A stretch of DNA of 56,048 nucleotides. Origin: an uncultured archaeon (GTDB lineage Archaea; Asgardarchaeota; Thorarchaeia; Thorarchaeales; Thorarchaeaceae). Location: positions 1 to 56,048 of the forward strand of contig CAZPWM010000007.1 of NCBI GenBank assembly GCA_964590575.1, read 5' to 3'. A model generated the notes under the pieces. The model was given only the letters and a program-made list of their open reading frames with translations, was not told where the DNA came from and ran no database searches. Positions 1-10,407 of the stretch are shown here, piece by piece (within the stretch, counting starts at the first letter, position 1; the number at the start of each line of letters is the position of its first letter). A program made the position numbers and the translations under genes.

Positions 1-769
1 ATATCACTTCATCCGCACCAAGCTTTGTGGCAGCAGTTACCTGGAATGGATAACGAGCTATGACAATTATCTTACATTTTGACCCAAGCGCCTTAATCGC
101 CCGGACAACCATCAGTCCAATGATACCTGCTCCAAGTACAATGACCGTGTCATCATCAGAGGGTTGTTTTCTTTTCACAGCGTGAATAGCTACTGCAAGA
201 GGTTCAGCAAGAACAGCTTGCTCATCTGAAACTCCATCAGGAATCTTTGTCAATTGTCCCGCATAAGTGACAAAGTATTCACTAAAAGCGCCACTACCAA
301 ATCCACCAAATTTCAAACGGCCACCATACTCTTCCTCAAGGTCTGAGTTATCACCAATTCCTACAATCGCTTGACAGGTTTCAGGTTTGCCTGCTAGGCA
401 ACTTTCACAGGGCTCAAAGCCATAGCACTCGCACGAAACCACGGGTGAATGCCCCACTCGGTCACCAACGCTCAGTCCTTCGACCTCACTTCCAACATCC
501 TCCACAATGCCAACTACTTCATGGCCTAGAGGAAATGGGTTTTCTTTTCTCGCTAGAATAGTAGCTGAGTATGAAAGATTGACGTTTATTTGGTGGATAT
601 CTGACGCGCATATCCCTGCTACGATTGGTCTTACCAACACCTGTCGTGGATTCTTGATAGTTGGCTTTGGCCAATCCGTCCTGTATTTAATCATGGTGTA
701 CTTTCCAGCGAGCTTCATCTTCTTTCTTATGACCTTGCTGATCTTGAGGTCGTACATTATCGCTTTCAT
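1..769 (-). CDS. Zn-dependent alcohol dehydrogenase (MDR family), 3' end outside window
   Basis: Not in the ORF track. Manual translation from ATG at 769 gives MKAIMYDLK...AGICASDIH...PLGHEVVG, a structural-Zn Cys cluster (CEC...PCESC...C) and the Rossmann motif VLGAGIIG. Confidence 0.9.
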   Translation of the reverse strand, partial: MKAIMYDLKISKVIRKKMKLAGKYTMIKYRTDWPKPTIKNPRQVLVRPIVAGICASDIHQINVNLSYSATILARKENPFPLGHEVVGIVEDVGSEVEGLSVGDRVGHSPVVSCECYGFEPCESCLAGKPETCQAIVGIGDNSDLEEEYGGRLKFGGFGSGAFSEYFVTYAGQLTKIPDGVSDEQAVLAEPLAVAIHAVKRKQPSDDDTVIVLGAGIIGLMVVRAIKALGSKCKIIVIARYPFQVTAATKLGADEVI

Positions 770-893
770 TAGAACACACTCTGTAGAAACAAAGACTGAC
801 TGTGACTCTTCCAGATATATCCATCGACGAACGGACAAGCCAGGAAACCTGCTACAAATAATTTAAAACCGACTTTGAGAGAACCCTATCGGG

Positions 894-1787
894 ATGGTCG
901 TGGAAGGAGATACCCCTTTTCCGAAATTTGAGAGGTGGCTTGAAAAAGAGTATCCGTCAGTGTACAAGGAAGAGATATACCATCGTTCTGAATGGCCAAT
1001 AGGGATTCTCTTTACTGCTTTTGGTTTCTTTCCATGGCTTCTCTCTAATTTTACTTCGGGTTCAATTCAAGTCATTGGATTGGGAGTTACTCTTTTAGGA
1101 ATTATAATTCTAATCATAGGATTTATTCGATATCGTTTTCAACTAGAGCGATACAGCTACCACGGGCTAACCCGAAATGCAATTACTGCTGCAATCATGT
1201 CTATCGATTCGCAGATAGTCAAACCCGATGAGATAGAATCACTAGCGCCACATCATGGAAAAACAACCATTACGAGCTATGATAGAGGAATGAAACGGAA
1301 AGAATTGATTAAACTCGTAAAGAGCACAGCTGGTCTGATTGAGTGGCCATCTGACTTTGTTGATGAGATCAAAGAGGATTTGGAACAAATGAAAAAGAGG
1401 TTTCGTCCATATTCGATCATCTTTCTAGTGATTTTATTCGTTCCATTATCAGTAATTTACTATCTTTATGCATCAGGAGGTTTGATGTTGTCATTGATAC
1501 TAGTCGTTCCCTTGATATCTTTCACACTCCAAGGCACCTACGATTATCTTCGATATGTAATTGACAACATGCACATATTAAAGGATAAATGGGCTCAAGA
1601 AATTCTTGCATCTGATTCAGTTCAATTAGAAGAAACAATGCTCGAGATATTCAATCGATTGCAATCAGAGTTTCAATACCCTCTTCGATTTTACCTTGGT
1701 CGAGAATATCCCCTCTTGAAATACACTGGGCGAACCAAGACCACCGTCACTCTGGCTCGATTGAAAGAGGCAGTCCTCTATCCATGA
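894..1787 (+). CDS. Hypothetical membrane protein (about 4 TM helices)
   Basis: 297-aa ORF with two hydrophobic helix pairs; no family motif recognised. Confidence 0.75.
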   Translation: MVVEGDTPFPKFERWLEKEYPSVYKEEIYHRSEWPIGILFTAFGFFPWLLSNFTSGSIQVIGLGVTLLGIIILIIGFIRYRFQLERYSYHGLTRNAITAAIMSIDSQIVKPDEIESLAPHHGKTTITSYDRGMKRKELIKLVKSTAGLIEWPSDFVDEIKEDLEQMKKRFRPYSIIFLVILFVPLSVIYYLYASGGLMLSLILVVPLISFTLQGTYDYLRYVIDNMHILKDKWAQEILASDSVQLEETMLEIFNRLQSEFQYPLRFYLGREYPLLKYTGRTKTTVTLARLKEAVLYP

Positions 1788-1821
1788 AGTACTTCTCCAT
1801 GAGTCGTAAAAGAGAAAACAG

Positions 1822-1840
1822 CTGGAGCTACAAGCTCCAG
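1822..1840 (-). terminator. Hairpin terminator after porB
   Basis: CTGGAGCT-ACA-AGCTCCAG perfect 8-bp stem, followed on the minus strand by CTGTTTTCTCTTTT; lies between convergent genes. Confidence 0.7.
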
Positions 1841-1852
1841 ACTGAATTTTGC

Positions 1853-2812
1853 CTAGTCCACCCCACAGCGTTTCTTCAAGAGCTCCCAGTCATGAGTTAC
1901 CTGTTCTTGGATTCTCTTTCTGAAGTCTTCCCACTCTGGCTTGAATAGATGCTTGAACTGACCCTGAGTTTTGAAATACTCATCAACAGGTTTCAGACCT
2001 GCTTCTGCAGCTCTCTTGCTAGGTCCTGACATGATCCACTCCTCGCCGTCGATGACCTCATAGAGTGGGTGAAGACCGGTTTCTACAGCAAGCTTGGACA
2101 GTGAGATACTATCTCCAGTAGGAGAACGCCAACCTCTCGGACAGGGTGAGAATGCATGTATGAATGCAGGTCCTACAACATCCAATGCCTTTCGGAACTT
2201 TGTGATGAAGTCACGGTAGTTGGATGCTTCTGCTGTGGCAACGTAGGGAATTTTATGAGCGGCAACAATCTCTGCAAGTGGTTTCTTACGCTCGAGCTTG
2301 CCTGGGATTGCACTACCACCCCACGATGTTGTAGTTTCCTGGCCTTGGAATGTGGCTCCAGACCTCTGAATTCCTGTGTTCTGGTACGCACCATTGTCAT
2401 AACACATGTAGACTAGGTCATGTCCTCGTTCTAGTGCGCCACTGATTGCACCGAACCCGATGTCGAATGAAGAACCATCCCCTCCCAAGGCAATCACATC
2501 AACATGCTCATGCTTATACCGTCCCTTTGCTCGCATTGCGTTGATGGCTTCTATCGCTCCTGATGCAACAGCTGCTGCGTTCTCGAAAGCCACATGGATC
2601 CACGGGATTTTCCATGCCGTGTACGGATAGATGGTTGTGGCAACTTCGAGACAGCCTGTGTTGTTACAAACAATAGTAGGTCCTCTAAGTGCCATTCCCA
2701 TGAGCTTTATCAAGGGTGGGGCTCCGCATCCTGCACACATCCTGTGTCCAGAGCTCAGAATCGGCTCACACTTGAGCATGTCTTTAATTGAAACTGCTGG
2801 TTTGTCACTCAT
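1853..2812 (-). CDS. porB: Pyruvate/2-ketoisovalerate:ferredoxin oxidoreductase beta subunit (TPP-binding)
   Basis: GHRMCAGC, TGCLEV, FENAAA, GGDG...DNGAYQNTG and PCPRGW motifs. Confidence 0.93.
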   Translation of the reverse strand: MSDKPAVSIKDMLKCEPILSSGHRMCAGCGAPPLIKLMGMALRGPTIVCNNTGCLEVATTIYPYTAWKIPWIHVAFENAAAVASGAIEAINAMRAKGRYKHEHVDVIALGGDGSSFDIGFGAISGALERGHDLVYMCYDNGAYQNTGIQRSGATFQGQETTTSWGGSAIPGKLERKKPLAEIVAAHKIPYVATAEASNYRDFITKFRKALDVVGPAFIHAFSPCPRGWRSPTGDSISLSKLAVETGLHPLYEVIDGEEWIMSGPSKRAAEAGLKPVDEYFKTQGQFKHLFKPEWEDFRKRIQEQVTHDWELLKKRCGVD

Positions 2813-4014
2813 TACTTACGCACCCCCAAGGTTTCGTACATTGGAGCCTTACCCTTCTTGAGGTACTCCTTTGTCTTCTCGATTCCTTCAACAAACGTTA
2901 TTGGCGGAACGTCACGACCCCCTAGTCCAACAACAAAGTCCACTATCATGGGTCTTTCCTGTGCTTCATAGAGTGCAGTTCTGACCTCTAGAGCCAACGG
3001 ATGTGCGGCAGCTCCAAATGACATTGCCTTCTCAAAGACTGCGACAGCCTTTGCTTTGCCAAGTGCTTTTGCAATCTCCTTCGTTGGGAATGGTCTGAAC
3101 ATCTTGAGCCTGATGACACCAACCTTGTCGCCTTTCTCTCGCATGGCTTCAGCGACCACCTTGGCTGTACCTCCCATGGAGCTCATTGCGATTATGATGA
3201 TGTCCGCATCATCGGTCTTGTAGGTCTCGAAGAGACCGTACTTTCGACCAGTGAGCTTTGAGAACTCAGCCTCGACTTCATTGTAGGCTTTGGGAACACC
3301 CATGATGGCCTCGTCTTGTTGCTCCTTGAACTCAAAGTAGTAGTCAGTGAGCGCTAGCGGTCCCATGGTTATTGGATTGTCAGGATCAAGGGAGATGAAC
3401 GGTTCTCTCACTCCGAGGAACTTAGTAACAACATCGTCGGGGAGCATCTCTACTCGTTCAACGTTGTGGCTTACGATGAAACCGTCAATACCAACCATTA
3501 CGGGTAGCAACACATCATGTCGCTCGGCGAGCTTGAAAGCCATGATTGTAGTGTCATAAGCCTCTTGACAGCTCTGGCAATAGAGCTGAATGAATCCACT
3601 GTCCCTCATTCCCATCCCGTCACTATGATCATTGTGGATGTTGATCGGACCTGATAGAGCACGGTTTGCCACAGTGAAGACGATTGGCATTCTCATTGAT
3701 GCTGCACAGTAGAGAATCTCCCACATGAGAGCAAGTCCAGCTGAAGCGGACGCTGTTGCAACTCTACCACCTACAGCTGAGGCTCCTACACATGCGCTCA
3801 TGGCTGAGTGTTCAGACTCTACTGGAATAACATGTGCTTTGACCTCGCCATCTGCAGCGAAGCGCTGGTAGTCCTCCACAATAATGGTCTGTGGAGTGAT
3901 CGGGTATGCGGCTAGAACATCCAAATCTGCCTGCTTGAGAGCATGAGCAATGGCTGCATCACCAGTCAGACCTTCAACAGTAATCTTGTCTTTTGGTATA
4001 CTCATTTTTCTCAC
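2812..4014 (-). CDS. porA: Pyruvate/2-ketoisovalerate:ferredoxin oxidoreductase alpha subunit
   Basis: AYPITPQT, ESEHSA, NRALSGPINIHNDHSD and GLGGRD motifs. Confidence 0.93.
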   Translation of the reverse strand: MRKMSIPKDKITVEGLTGDAAIAHALKQADLDVLAAYPITPQTIIVEDYQRFAADGEVKAHVIPVESEHSAMSACVGASAVGGRVATASASAGLALMWEILYCAASMRMPIVFTVANRALSGPINIHNDHSDGMGMRDSGFIQLYCQSCQEAYDTTIMAFKLAERHDVLLPVMVGIDGFIVSHNVERVEMLPDDVVTKFLGVREPFISLDPDNPITMGPLALTDYYFEFKEQQDEAIMGVPKAYNEVEAEFSKLTGRKYGLFETYKTDDADIIIIAMSSMGGTAKVVAEAMREKGDKVGVIRLKMFRPFPTKEIAKALGKAKAVAVFEKAMSFGAAAHPLALEVRTALYEAQERPMIVDFVVGLGGRDVPPITFVEGIEKTKEYLKKGKAPMYETLGVRK

Positions 4015-4307
4015 TCCTTTTCCATATGAATCGAGTCAGTGGGGCATTCCTTAGCGCATATCCCACATCCTTTGCAGTAATCGTAGTTGTACGCGTAGGC
4101 GTACTTTCCATCCTTCTCAGTCAAGATGACTGCCATGTCAGGACAGAATATCCAACAACGGCCACAGGTTCCGTTTTTTATCCAGAGGCACTTCTCATCG
4201 CTGTGGATTGGCCTCTCAGCACGCCAACCTCCAGTCTTATACTTCTTAGAATTGCCTGGCTCGATAATATTGCCGGCAATTGGAATCTCATTGTACTTCT
4301 CGCTCAT
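4011..4307 (-). CDS. porD: 2-oxoacid:ferredoxin oxidoreductase delta subunit (2x[4Fe-4S])
   Basis: KTGGWR, C...CGRCWIFCP and YDYCKGCGICAKECP motifs. Confidence 0.92.
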   Translation of the reverse strand: MSEKYNEIPIAGNIIEPGNSKKYKTGGWRAERPIHSDEKCLWIKNGTCGRCWIFCPDMAVILTEKDGKYAYAYNYDYCKGCGICAKECPTDSIHMEKE

Positions 4308-4891
4308 CCGACCTTTGCCTCCTTAACAGCTCTATCAATTGCAACCTTGTTCAAGTCTCCAACCTTGCCCGGGTATCGTTCCAGGACTTCACCAATCACA
4401 GTTTCAACCGCTACTACACCTGTGAACTTGACTGCTGCAGCCATGGTTGGCATGTTATAGAATGGTCGACCCATGACCTCCATCGCTATGGTGCTGGCAT
4501 CAACTGTGACCACTTTACCACCTTTGAAACCAAACCTGTCTCTGATGGTCTGCGGTTCCTTGCTTGTGTTGACTACCAGAATACCTTCTTTCTTTAAACC
4601 CTCAGTTACGTCTACGACATCCAATAATGTTGGGTCAATACAGACCACAACATCTGGGTCATATACCTGTGCGTAGACCTGAATGGGTTGTTTACTAATT
4701 CTCAAGAATGCCCTCACAGGTGCGCCAGTTCTTTCCGGACCAAACTCTGGAAAAGCCTGGATATAGTTACCTTCAGAGAGGGCGGCTTTGCCTAGCATCT
4801 GGTTACTGGTGACCACACCCTGGCCGCCACGACCATGCCAGCGAAACTCAGTAATTCCTTTCGCAAAATCCATCGCCATTGTCAATTTCAC
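4304..4891 (-). CDS. porC: 2-oxoacid:ferredoxin oxidoreductase gamma subunit
   Basis: EFRWHGRGGQG and FPEFGPERTGAPV motifs. Confidence 0.92.
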   Translation of the reverse strand: MKLTMAMDFAKGITEFRWHGRGGQGVVTSNQMLGKAALSEGNYIQAFPEFGPERTGAPVRAFLRISKQPIQVYAQVYDPDVVVCIDPTLLDVVDVTEGLKKEGILVVNTSKEPQTIRDRFGFKGGKVVTVDASTIAMEVMGRPFYNMPTMAAAVKFTGVVAVETVIGEVLERYPGKVGDLNKVAIDRAVKEAKVG

Positions 4892-5214
4892 CTACATTGG
4901 GAGAAGCTTCAGGAGTGGCCTGCTGGGGGCTGCTTATGTATTTAATGGCATGGACTATTGAAATGTAATAAAAATAGAGCTTGAAGAGTATGAATTCCGA
5001 AAATGGGCGATATATGAGGAAATTGCTGGGGCGCATGCATGGAAAACATGAAACGACACCTCTCCAGCCTAAATTATGCACGAGGAGAACCTTTCCGTAT
5101 CTTCTTTCTATCCGGTCGACCTCGTATCGAAACGGAGATACACCATATACTATTGGGAGATTATCAATTAACTATGCATTCAGGCAGGATGCATTCGATA
5201 AATAACGGACTTTA

Positions 5215-6429
5215 CTAAGATAGTCTCTTCACAAGGAGAGTGATAATCACAAAAATTGCCACAGTGATTCCTGAAGCTATCATGACGAGTTCGGTTCCAA
5301 TGCCTCCCAAGATGAAAGATATAACTGACACAAAGATTCCATCTGTTGCTGTATTCCCAGCTCCATCATACAATATGATTGAGATCGCATAAGTGCCTAA
5401 TTCAAGATGATCTAGATTAAATGTTATGTTGCTCCCGCTCCAAAATGCTGCGATTGTTATGGCTTCATTCTCTTTAATCTCATATGATTTTGGAAACTGG
5501 TCGTAGACATGCCATGTCAATGTGTTACCTGACGTTTCGACATCAATTGCAACATCCAAAAGCGGGAGGATACCCGGAGCCAAAGTGTCTTCGAGGAGCT
5601 GAGGAAACCTATCAAATGAACTACCAGTCCCTAGGATTTGATGATTTTCAGACCCATTATAATCTGACCAAAGATTGCCAATATTGAATCCGTCATCAAA
5701 TGAATTGTCCTCTCCATTATCAATCGCATTTCCTCCATCACTTCCAGATACATTGTTCCATCCAATAGAATTTCCAAAGACAGAGTTGTTATGAGAGTAG
5801 GATGTTATTTCAATACCATATTCCCTATTCGAGTAGATTAAGTTGTTGAGCATATCACAATGGTCTGATCCTTCGAATAGAATACCTTTATTATTATTGT
5901 ATACTCTGTTCTCCAGGACTGTGCAATTAGAAGCATAACGAAGCACAATCCCGTTCCAGCATCCAAATAATGAATTATCTACGACGAAACAATCAACTAC
6001 GCTTAATAGTTGAATACCGCTTACACCAGCAATGATCTCACACTGTTCCACTCGACCATTCTCTACATCTTGAAGTAATATCGCTGGTCTGGAAGCACCT
6101 GCTTCCAATTTACAGTTTGAAATCACAAAATTTGCAGTCGTGTCTTGAATCACAATACAACTTTCAGCATCCGTGATTTGGATATTTTCGAATGTATAAG
6201 GGTCAGAAGGAGTTCCTACACCTGAAGCCCCCTGCAGGACAAAGTCTACATTACTTGTGATGAGTATTGGTTCGCGTGTCTGGTATTGTGCAATAGTATT
6301 TTCTCGTATTGTACTCACATTGACGGACTTCAAACCTGAAGGAACTGAAGCGATTAACATACTGCTTGCAGTTGATAGTATAAGCAAGGATACTAGCATT
6401 GATGTGATACTGCTATGTTTCATCCTCAA
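5215..6429 (-). CDS. Surface protein: NosD/right-handed beta-helix + Ig-like domain + C-terminal TM anchor
   Basis: Signal-like N-terminus, GxGTxxDPY, repeated GIxL...N beta-helix coils, GNLWSDY, hydrophobic C-terminus ending KRLS. Confidence 0.8.
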   Translation of the reverse strand: MRMKHSSITSMLVSLLILSTASSMLIASVPSGLKSVNVSTIRENTIAQYQTREPILITSNVDFVLQGASGVGTPSDPYTFENIQITDAESCIVIQDTTANFVISNCKLEAGASRPAILLQDVENGRVEQCEIIAGVSGIQLLSVVDCFVVDNSLFGCWNGIVLRYASNCTVLENRVYNNNKGILFEGSDHCDMLNNLIYSNREYGIEITSYSHNNSVFGNSIGWNNVSGSDGGNAIDNGEDNSFDDGFNIGNLWSDYNGSENHQILGTGSSFDRFPQLLEDTLAPGILPLLDVAIDVETSGNTLTWHVYDQFPKSYEIKENEAITIAAFWSGSNITFNLDHLELGTYAISIILYDGAGNTATDGIFVSVISFILGGIGTELVMIASGITVAIFVIITLLVKRLS

Positions 6430-6492
6430 GTAGAAAGCCTCCTGAATCCTGTCATTTTCTTATACAACCACCTCTTGAAGGTTACCAATTGA

Positions 6493-7092
6493 CTAATCGA
6501 CTGGTTCTGGAGTTTCACCCTCTGCAAAATCTATCGCCATCTCGTTAAGATCCAGGAAGAGCTGACAATACTCACTATTCGATATCGAAAGTAACACTGA
6601 GTCATCTACGCGACTAATTTTATGAAATCGAATCGCTCGTTCCAACGCTCTCGGAAAAAGACCGTATAGTAGTATCATAACAAGGAGTACAGTTGTACCT
6701 ACGAATCCCACCAATGGTTGGAGAAAAGGTCTAGAGTAAACTAATGCCGTATTGATCTGAAGTAAGAAATACAATATCGGATAAAACAGAAGGAAGAATC
6801 CCAGAGCTGCAATTAGTTTTGTCTTCAATGAACGAACCTTTTTACTCCCGTGCTTCATGCAAGTAGGAATTGCAAAAGTAGTCGCTCCTTTTGCTGCACT
6901 CAAAGCAACTGATGTTGCATCTTGCGGTTTGGTCCAAGAGCTGGAGGCATAATCATCATATACTTTCTCTATGATTGTGACAAACACTAAATCTTCTGGC
7001 TCTTCCAAACATACTGGACAGACCTTGGGAAACTGAATCTTGGACATCTTCACCTTGAATTTCGATGGCCCCTTTTGTTCTCCAGTCATCAT
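6493..7092 (-). CDS. Membrane protein with N-terminal Zn-finger-like motif
   Basis: FPKVCPVC...CMKH followed by two TM helices. Confidence 0.7.
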   Translation of the reverse strand: MMTGEQKGPSKFKVKMSKIQFPKVCPVCLEEPEDLVFVTIIEKVYDDYASSSWTKPQDATSVALSAAKGATTFAIPTCMKHGSKKVRSLKTKLIAALGFFLLFYPILYFLLQINTALVYSRPFLQPLVGFVGTTVLLVMILLYGLFPRALERAIRFHKISRVDDSVLLSISNSEYCQLFLDLNEMAIDFAEGETPEPVD

Positions 7093-7111
7093 GTCTGTAC
7101 TCCATGAGCGG

Positions 7112-7486
7112 TTATTTGGGTGGCATTACAATGATTTGAACACTAGTTATAGGCCGGTTTGTCTTGGGATCAGCTGCATCAAATGTGTCAAAGGTCATCA
7201 GGTATGTGAATTTACTCTCCATTAGTTTCAGTTCGTGGGCAACTCGAACAGCGAGACCGATTCCTTTGAAACCAAAACCGCGTATTGCGACCATCCTCTC
7301 ATCGTCTTTTACAAGCCCTCGGAGAGTATGTGCAATTTTAGGAATATTGACCTTTCCCGCATTATGTGATATCTCAAGAAGAACATAGTCACTGGTTGGA
7401 TAAACTGAGATGTCCTCATCAATGGTTATAGCAATCATAGCTTCGCCAATCTTAAGCTGTTCAGGTATGCGGTCTCGGAGTGACAT
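7112..7486 (-). CDS. Alba-like DNA/RNA-binding protein with N-terminal extension
   Basis: VAIRGFGFKGIGLAVRVA...RPITSVQIIV resembles the Alba pattern (IKARGRAISRAVDVA...VSxIEI). Likely start MSLRD at 7486; the ORF track starts at 7516. Confidence 0.65.
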   Translation of the reverse strand: MSLRDRIPEQLKIGEAMIAITIDEDISVYPTSDYVLLEISHNAGKVNIPKIAHTLRGLVKDDERMVAIRGFGFKGIGLAVRVAHELKLMESKFTYLMTFDTFDAADPKTNRPITSVQIIVMPPK

Positions 7487-7590
7487 ATTTCCTGAATGTG
7501 AAATTGGACTAATCAACTTGATGGCTTAGGAATCCCCAATCTCAACCCTCATATGCGTTTTAGATGTTAATACCTTGAGGTTCGCTGAAA

Positions 7591-8577
7591 TTGGAGAGAA
7601 AACAAGCCGTTGCTGCAGCAGTTGCTACTATTGTGATTGGATCACTAGTTATCGTTGCTGTCTGGTATTCGACACCTACACCTGATGTTCGGATAGGATA
7701 TCTTTCCAAAGATTTGCATCAACTAGCCCTTCGAGTCGCTCTTGAGAATGGATACTTCGAAAGAGAAGGTCTTAACGTTGAACTCGTGCAATTTGGGAAC
7801 GGTGCCTATGAGATGGATGGATTTCTCGGAAACCAAATCGACATGGGCTATTTGGGTGCGGCTCCAGCGATGACAAAACGCCTGAATCAAGATATACTTG
7901 TGACAATTCTGGCATCAGTGAATCTAGAGGGATCTGCTATCATGGTTCTCAAATCTGAATACGACGCAGGTCGGGTCACTTCTGTTGCAGACCTTGTGGG
8001 CAAAGGTGTTCACCAACCTGGGTCGTCAACTGTTCAGAACTTCTTACTGCGTTTAGCCTTGAACCAGTCAGGATATAGTTATTCTGACATAATTGCTTAT
8101 ACAACATCACCTCTCTACATGGCTGATTTACTGACCACAGATGCTCCTGCATTTATTGCTTGGGAGCCTTTTAATGCAAAATCTGAATATGAGAATAAGA
8201 CAGTACTACTCATTCTTTCTGGTGAAATTTGGCCTAGACATCCCTGCTGTGTCGTCGCGGCGAAAAATGACTTTCTTGCAGCTCACTCAGACACGGTCCA
8301 GAAAGTTATTGATATCCACAAGGAAGCTGAAGAATGGATTGTGAATCATCCTGTAGAAGCTCTTTCAATTGCTATTGAATGGCTTGAGATGGATTATACA
8401 CCTGTGCAAACTGCGTTCAACCGAATAATTTTCGACTACAATTTAAATCGGACTGGACTTGAAAGATATCTAGATTTTCTTATTGATGAAGACATTCTTC
8501 TCCCTGATAAAATCCCCGAGAACACAACAGCTTTTCTTGACAGTTTTATTAACATGACCTTTGTAGGATCTCCTTGA
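7591..8577 (+). CDS. ABC transporter substrate-binding protein (NitT/TauT, NMT1/SsuA-like)
   Basis: N-terminal anchor, GYFEREGL, IDMGYLG, AWEPF and HPCCV motifs. Confidence 0.88.
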   Translation: MERKQAVAAAVATIVIGSLVIVAVWYSTPTPDVRIGYLSKDLHQLALRVALENGYFEREGLNVELVQFGNGAYEMDGFLGNQIDMGYLGAAPAMTKRLNQDILVTILASVNLEGSAIMVLKSEYDAGRVTSVADLVGKGVHQPGSSTVQNFLLRLALNQSGYSYSDIIAYTTSPLYMADLLTTDAPAFIAWEPFNAKSEYENKTVLLILSGEIWPRHPCCVVAAKNDFLAAHSDTVQKVIDIHKEAEEWIVNHPVEALSIAIEWLEMDYTPVQTAFNRIIFDYNLNRTGLERYLDFLIDEDILLPDKIPENTTAFLDSFINMTFVGSP

Positions 8578-9455
8578 TAGAAACGGCAGACAAAAAAGAA
8601 CAAGCGATCTTGCCCAGAGTGAAAAGAATGTCAGTAGCTAAACCCCTAAAGAAGGAAGAGCAGGACAGTAAATCTAGTCCGGAGATGACAGGCAACTCTT
8701 TCTGGTCAATCCTGTTAGATAGAATACTCTTTCCTGCTTTTATCCTCATATTTCTCTGGGCTATAATAGCTACGATTACTGGTACGAATATTTTTGAAGT
8801 AGTTATTGCATTTTGGAGTCTCATTACCGATGTAGATAGTCAAAACCATTTTCTCATTGAACATATAGTCGCAAGTTTAGGTAGAGTAGTAGTTGGATTC
8901 ACACTGGCAGCCGTGACAGCTATTCCTCTTGGAATTGCAATTGGTAGATACAAACGGATTGATTCTATTCTGGGACCAGTTATGGAAGCCACTAGACCTA
9001 TTCCTCCCCTTGCTTGGATTCCTGTATCAATTATCGTGTTTGGAATTGCGTCAGGTCAGCCATTCATTATTTGGATTGGAGCATTCTTCCCAATTTTGAC
9101 CAACACTACAACCGGAGTTAAACGTACTGAGCCTGTTCATATTGACGTTGCAAAAACCTTTGGAGCTAGTGAAACGCAGATATTGAGCAAAATTGTGCTT
9201 CCTTCTGCTGCTCCAGAGATATTTGCTGGTTTAAGAATAGGATTTGGTATTGGTTGGATGTGTCTCGTAGCAGCTGAGATGGTCGGTGGCGGGCTTGGTC
9301 TAGGATTCTTGATAATGGATAAACAAGCTAACGGGCGAACTGCAGAAATGATTGTCGGAATGCTGTTGATTGGTCTGATTGGTTTCTTCATTAGTTATTT
9401 CTTCTTGTACGTCGAGAAACAACTACTCAAAGGGCGGCAGACTGTTTCTGTCTAG
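8574..9455 (+). CDS. ABC transporter permease (NitT/TauT)
   Basis: SLGRV, RPIPPLAW, EAA-like loop AKTFGAS, AAEM motifs. Confidence 0.9.
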   Translation: MIETADKKEQAILPRVKRMSVAKPLKKEEQDSKSSPEMTGNSFWSILLDRILFPAFILIFLWAIIATITGTNIFEVVIAFWSLITDVDSQNHFLIEHIVASLGRVVVGFTLAAVTAIPLGIAIGRYKRIDSILGPVMEATRPIPPLAWIPVSIIVFGIASGQPFIIWIGAFFPILTNTTTGVKRTEPVHIDVAKTFGASETQILSKIVLPSAAPEIFAGLRIGFGIGWMCLVAAEMVGGGLGLGFLIMDKQANGRTAEMIVGMLLIGLIGFFISYFFLYVEKQLLKGRQTVSV

Positions 9456-10236
9456 AGCGGGCCATCGCTTTCTCTTGCTCTGCTTTGAGAACTTTGAGTA
9501 TATCACTTCGATATGCCATGCACTCTGATGATGTCCTTACCCTTGGTTTTAGTATGTCAATCTCATACTCTGCAATTATCTTTGCTGGGATATTACTCAG
9601 AATCAGAATCCTGTCCGACATGAAGACAGCTTCATCAACATTATGCGACACAAAGACAATTGTGGATCCTGTCGTCTTCTGAATGCGAAGGATCTCTTCC
9701 TGCAGATAGTTTCTTGTTTGTGCATCAAGATTAGATAATGCTTCATCAGCGACTAGGATATCTGGTGATACGACGAGACTACGTGCCATCTCAGTCTTTC
9801 TCGCTTGACCACCGGAAATCTCGTGGGGATAGTTGTCCTCGAGCCCCTCCATTCCTACAATTTCGATAATCTCATCCACACGTGTTTTCATCTCTAAGGA
9901 TTCTACTTTTGCCACTTCAAGTCCAAATTCTATATTTTGTCGGACTGTCCTCCATGGGAACAGTGATTCTTGCTGAAAGATATATCCCACACGATTGTGC
10001 CCTGGATGAACTTCTCCCCCATCTATGAAAACTTGTCCCTCATCTGGCTCGAGCAACCCTGCGACGATCTTCAGCAATGTTGTTTTTCCACAACCACTAG
10101 GTCCAACTATGGCAAGGAGTTCCCCCTCATTAACATCAAATGAGATATTCTCGAGAACCTCTACTACTTCAAAGTTACCATTTGGGTATGCTTTCGAGAG
10201 ATTTCGAACTGAGAGTTTTGGCATTATTGCTATCAA
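9427..10236 (-). CDS. ABC transporter ATP-binding protein (NitT/TauT)
   Basis: Walker A GPSGCGKT, LFPWRTV, signature ISGGQ, Walker B LVADE, H-loop SHNVDEA. Confidence 0.92.
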   Translation of the reverse strand: MIAIMPKLSVRNLSKAYPNGNFEVVEVLENISFDVNEGELLAIVGPSGCGKTTLLKIVAGLLEPDEGQVFIDGGEVHPGHNRVGYIFQQESLFPWRTVRQNIEFGLEVAKVESLEMKTRVDEIIEIVGMEGLEDNYPHEISGGQARKTEMARSLVVSPDILVADEALSNLDAQTRNYLQEEILRIQKTTGSTIVFVSHNVDEAVFMSDRILILSNIPAKIIAEYEIDILKPRVRTSSECMAYRSDILKVLKAEQEKAMARSRQKQSAAL

Positions 10237-10407
10237 GATAATTGGGGCCGCTCAATCTGTTAAATGCTACGCTCTAGACACGACAAAGAAAGGGTGAGGT
10301 CAACCCAGCAAAGTAAAAAAAGGCTCTTTATGCATCCAATATCCGTACTAGGCACTGTAAATAGCAGTCACTACCATAAACACCAAATCAACAGGAAGGT
10401 TGCATAC

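Noticed and set aside
507-866. 119-aa + strand ORF
   Set aside because: Antisense shadow of the minus-strand alcohol dehydrogenase.
4981-5205. 74-aa intergenic ORF and the overlapping 77-aa minus-strand ORF
   Set aside because: No motifs, and they overlap the likely por promoter/terminator region; unsupported.
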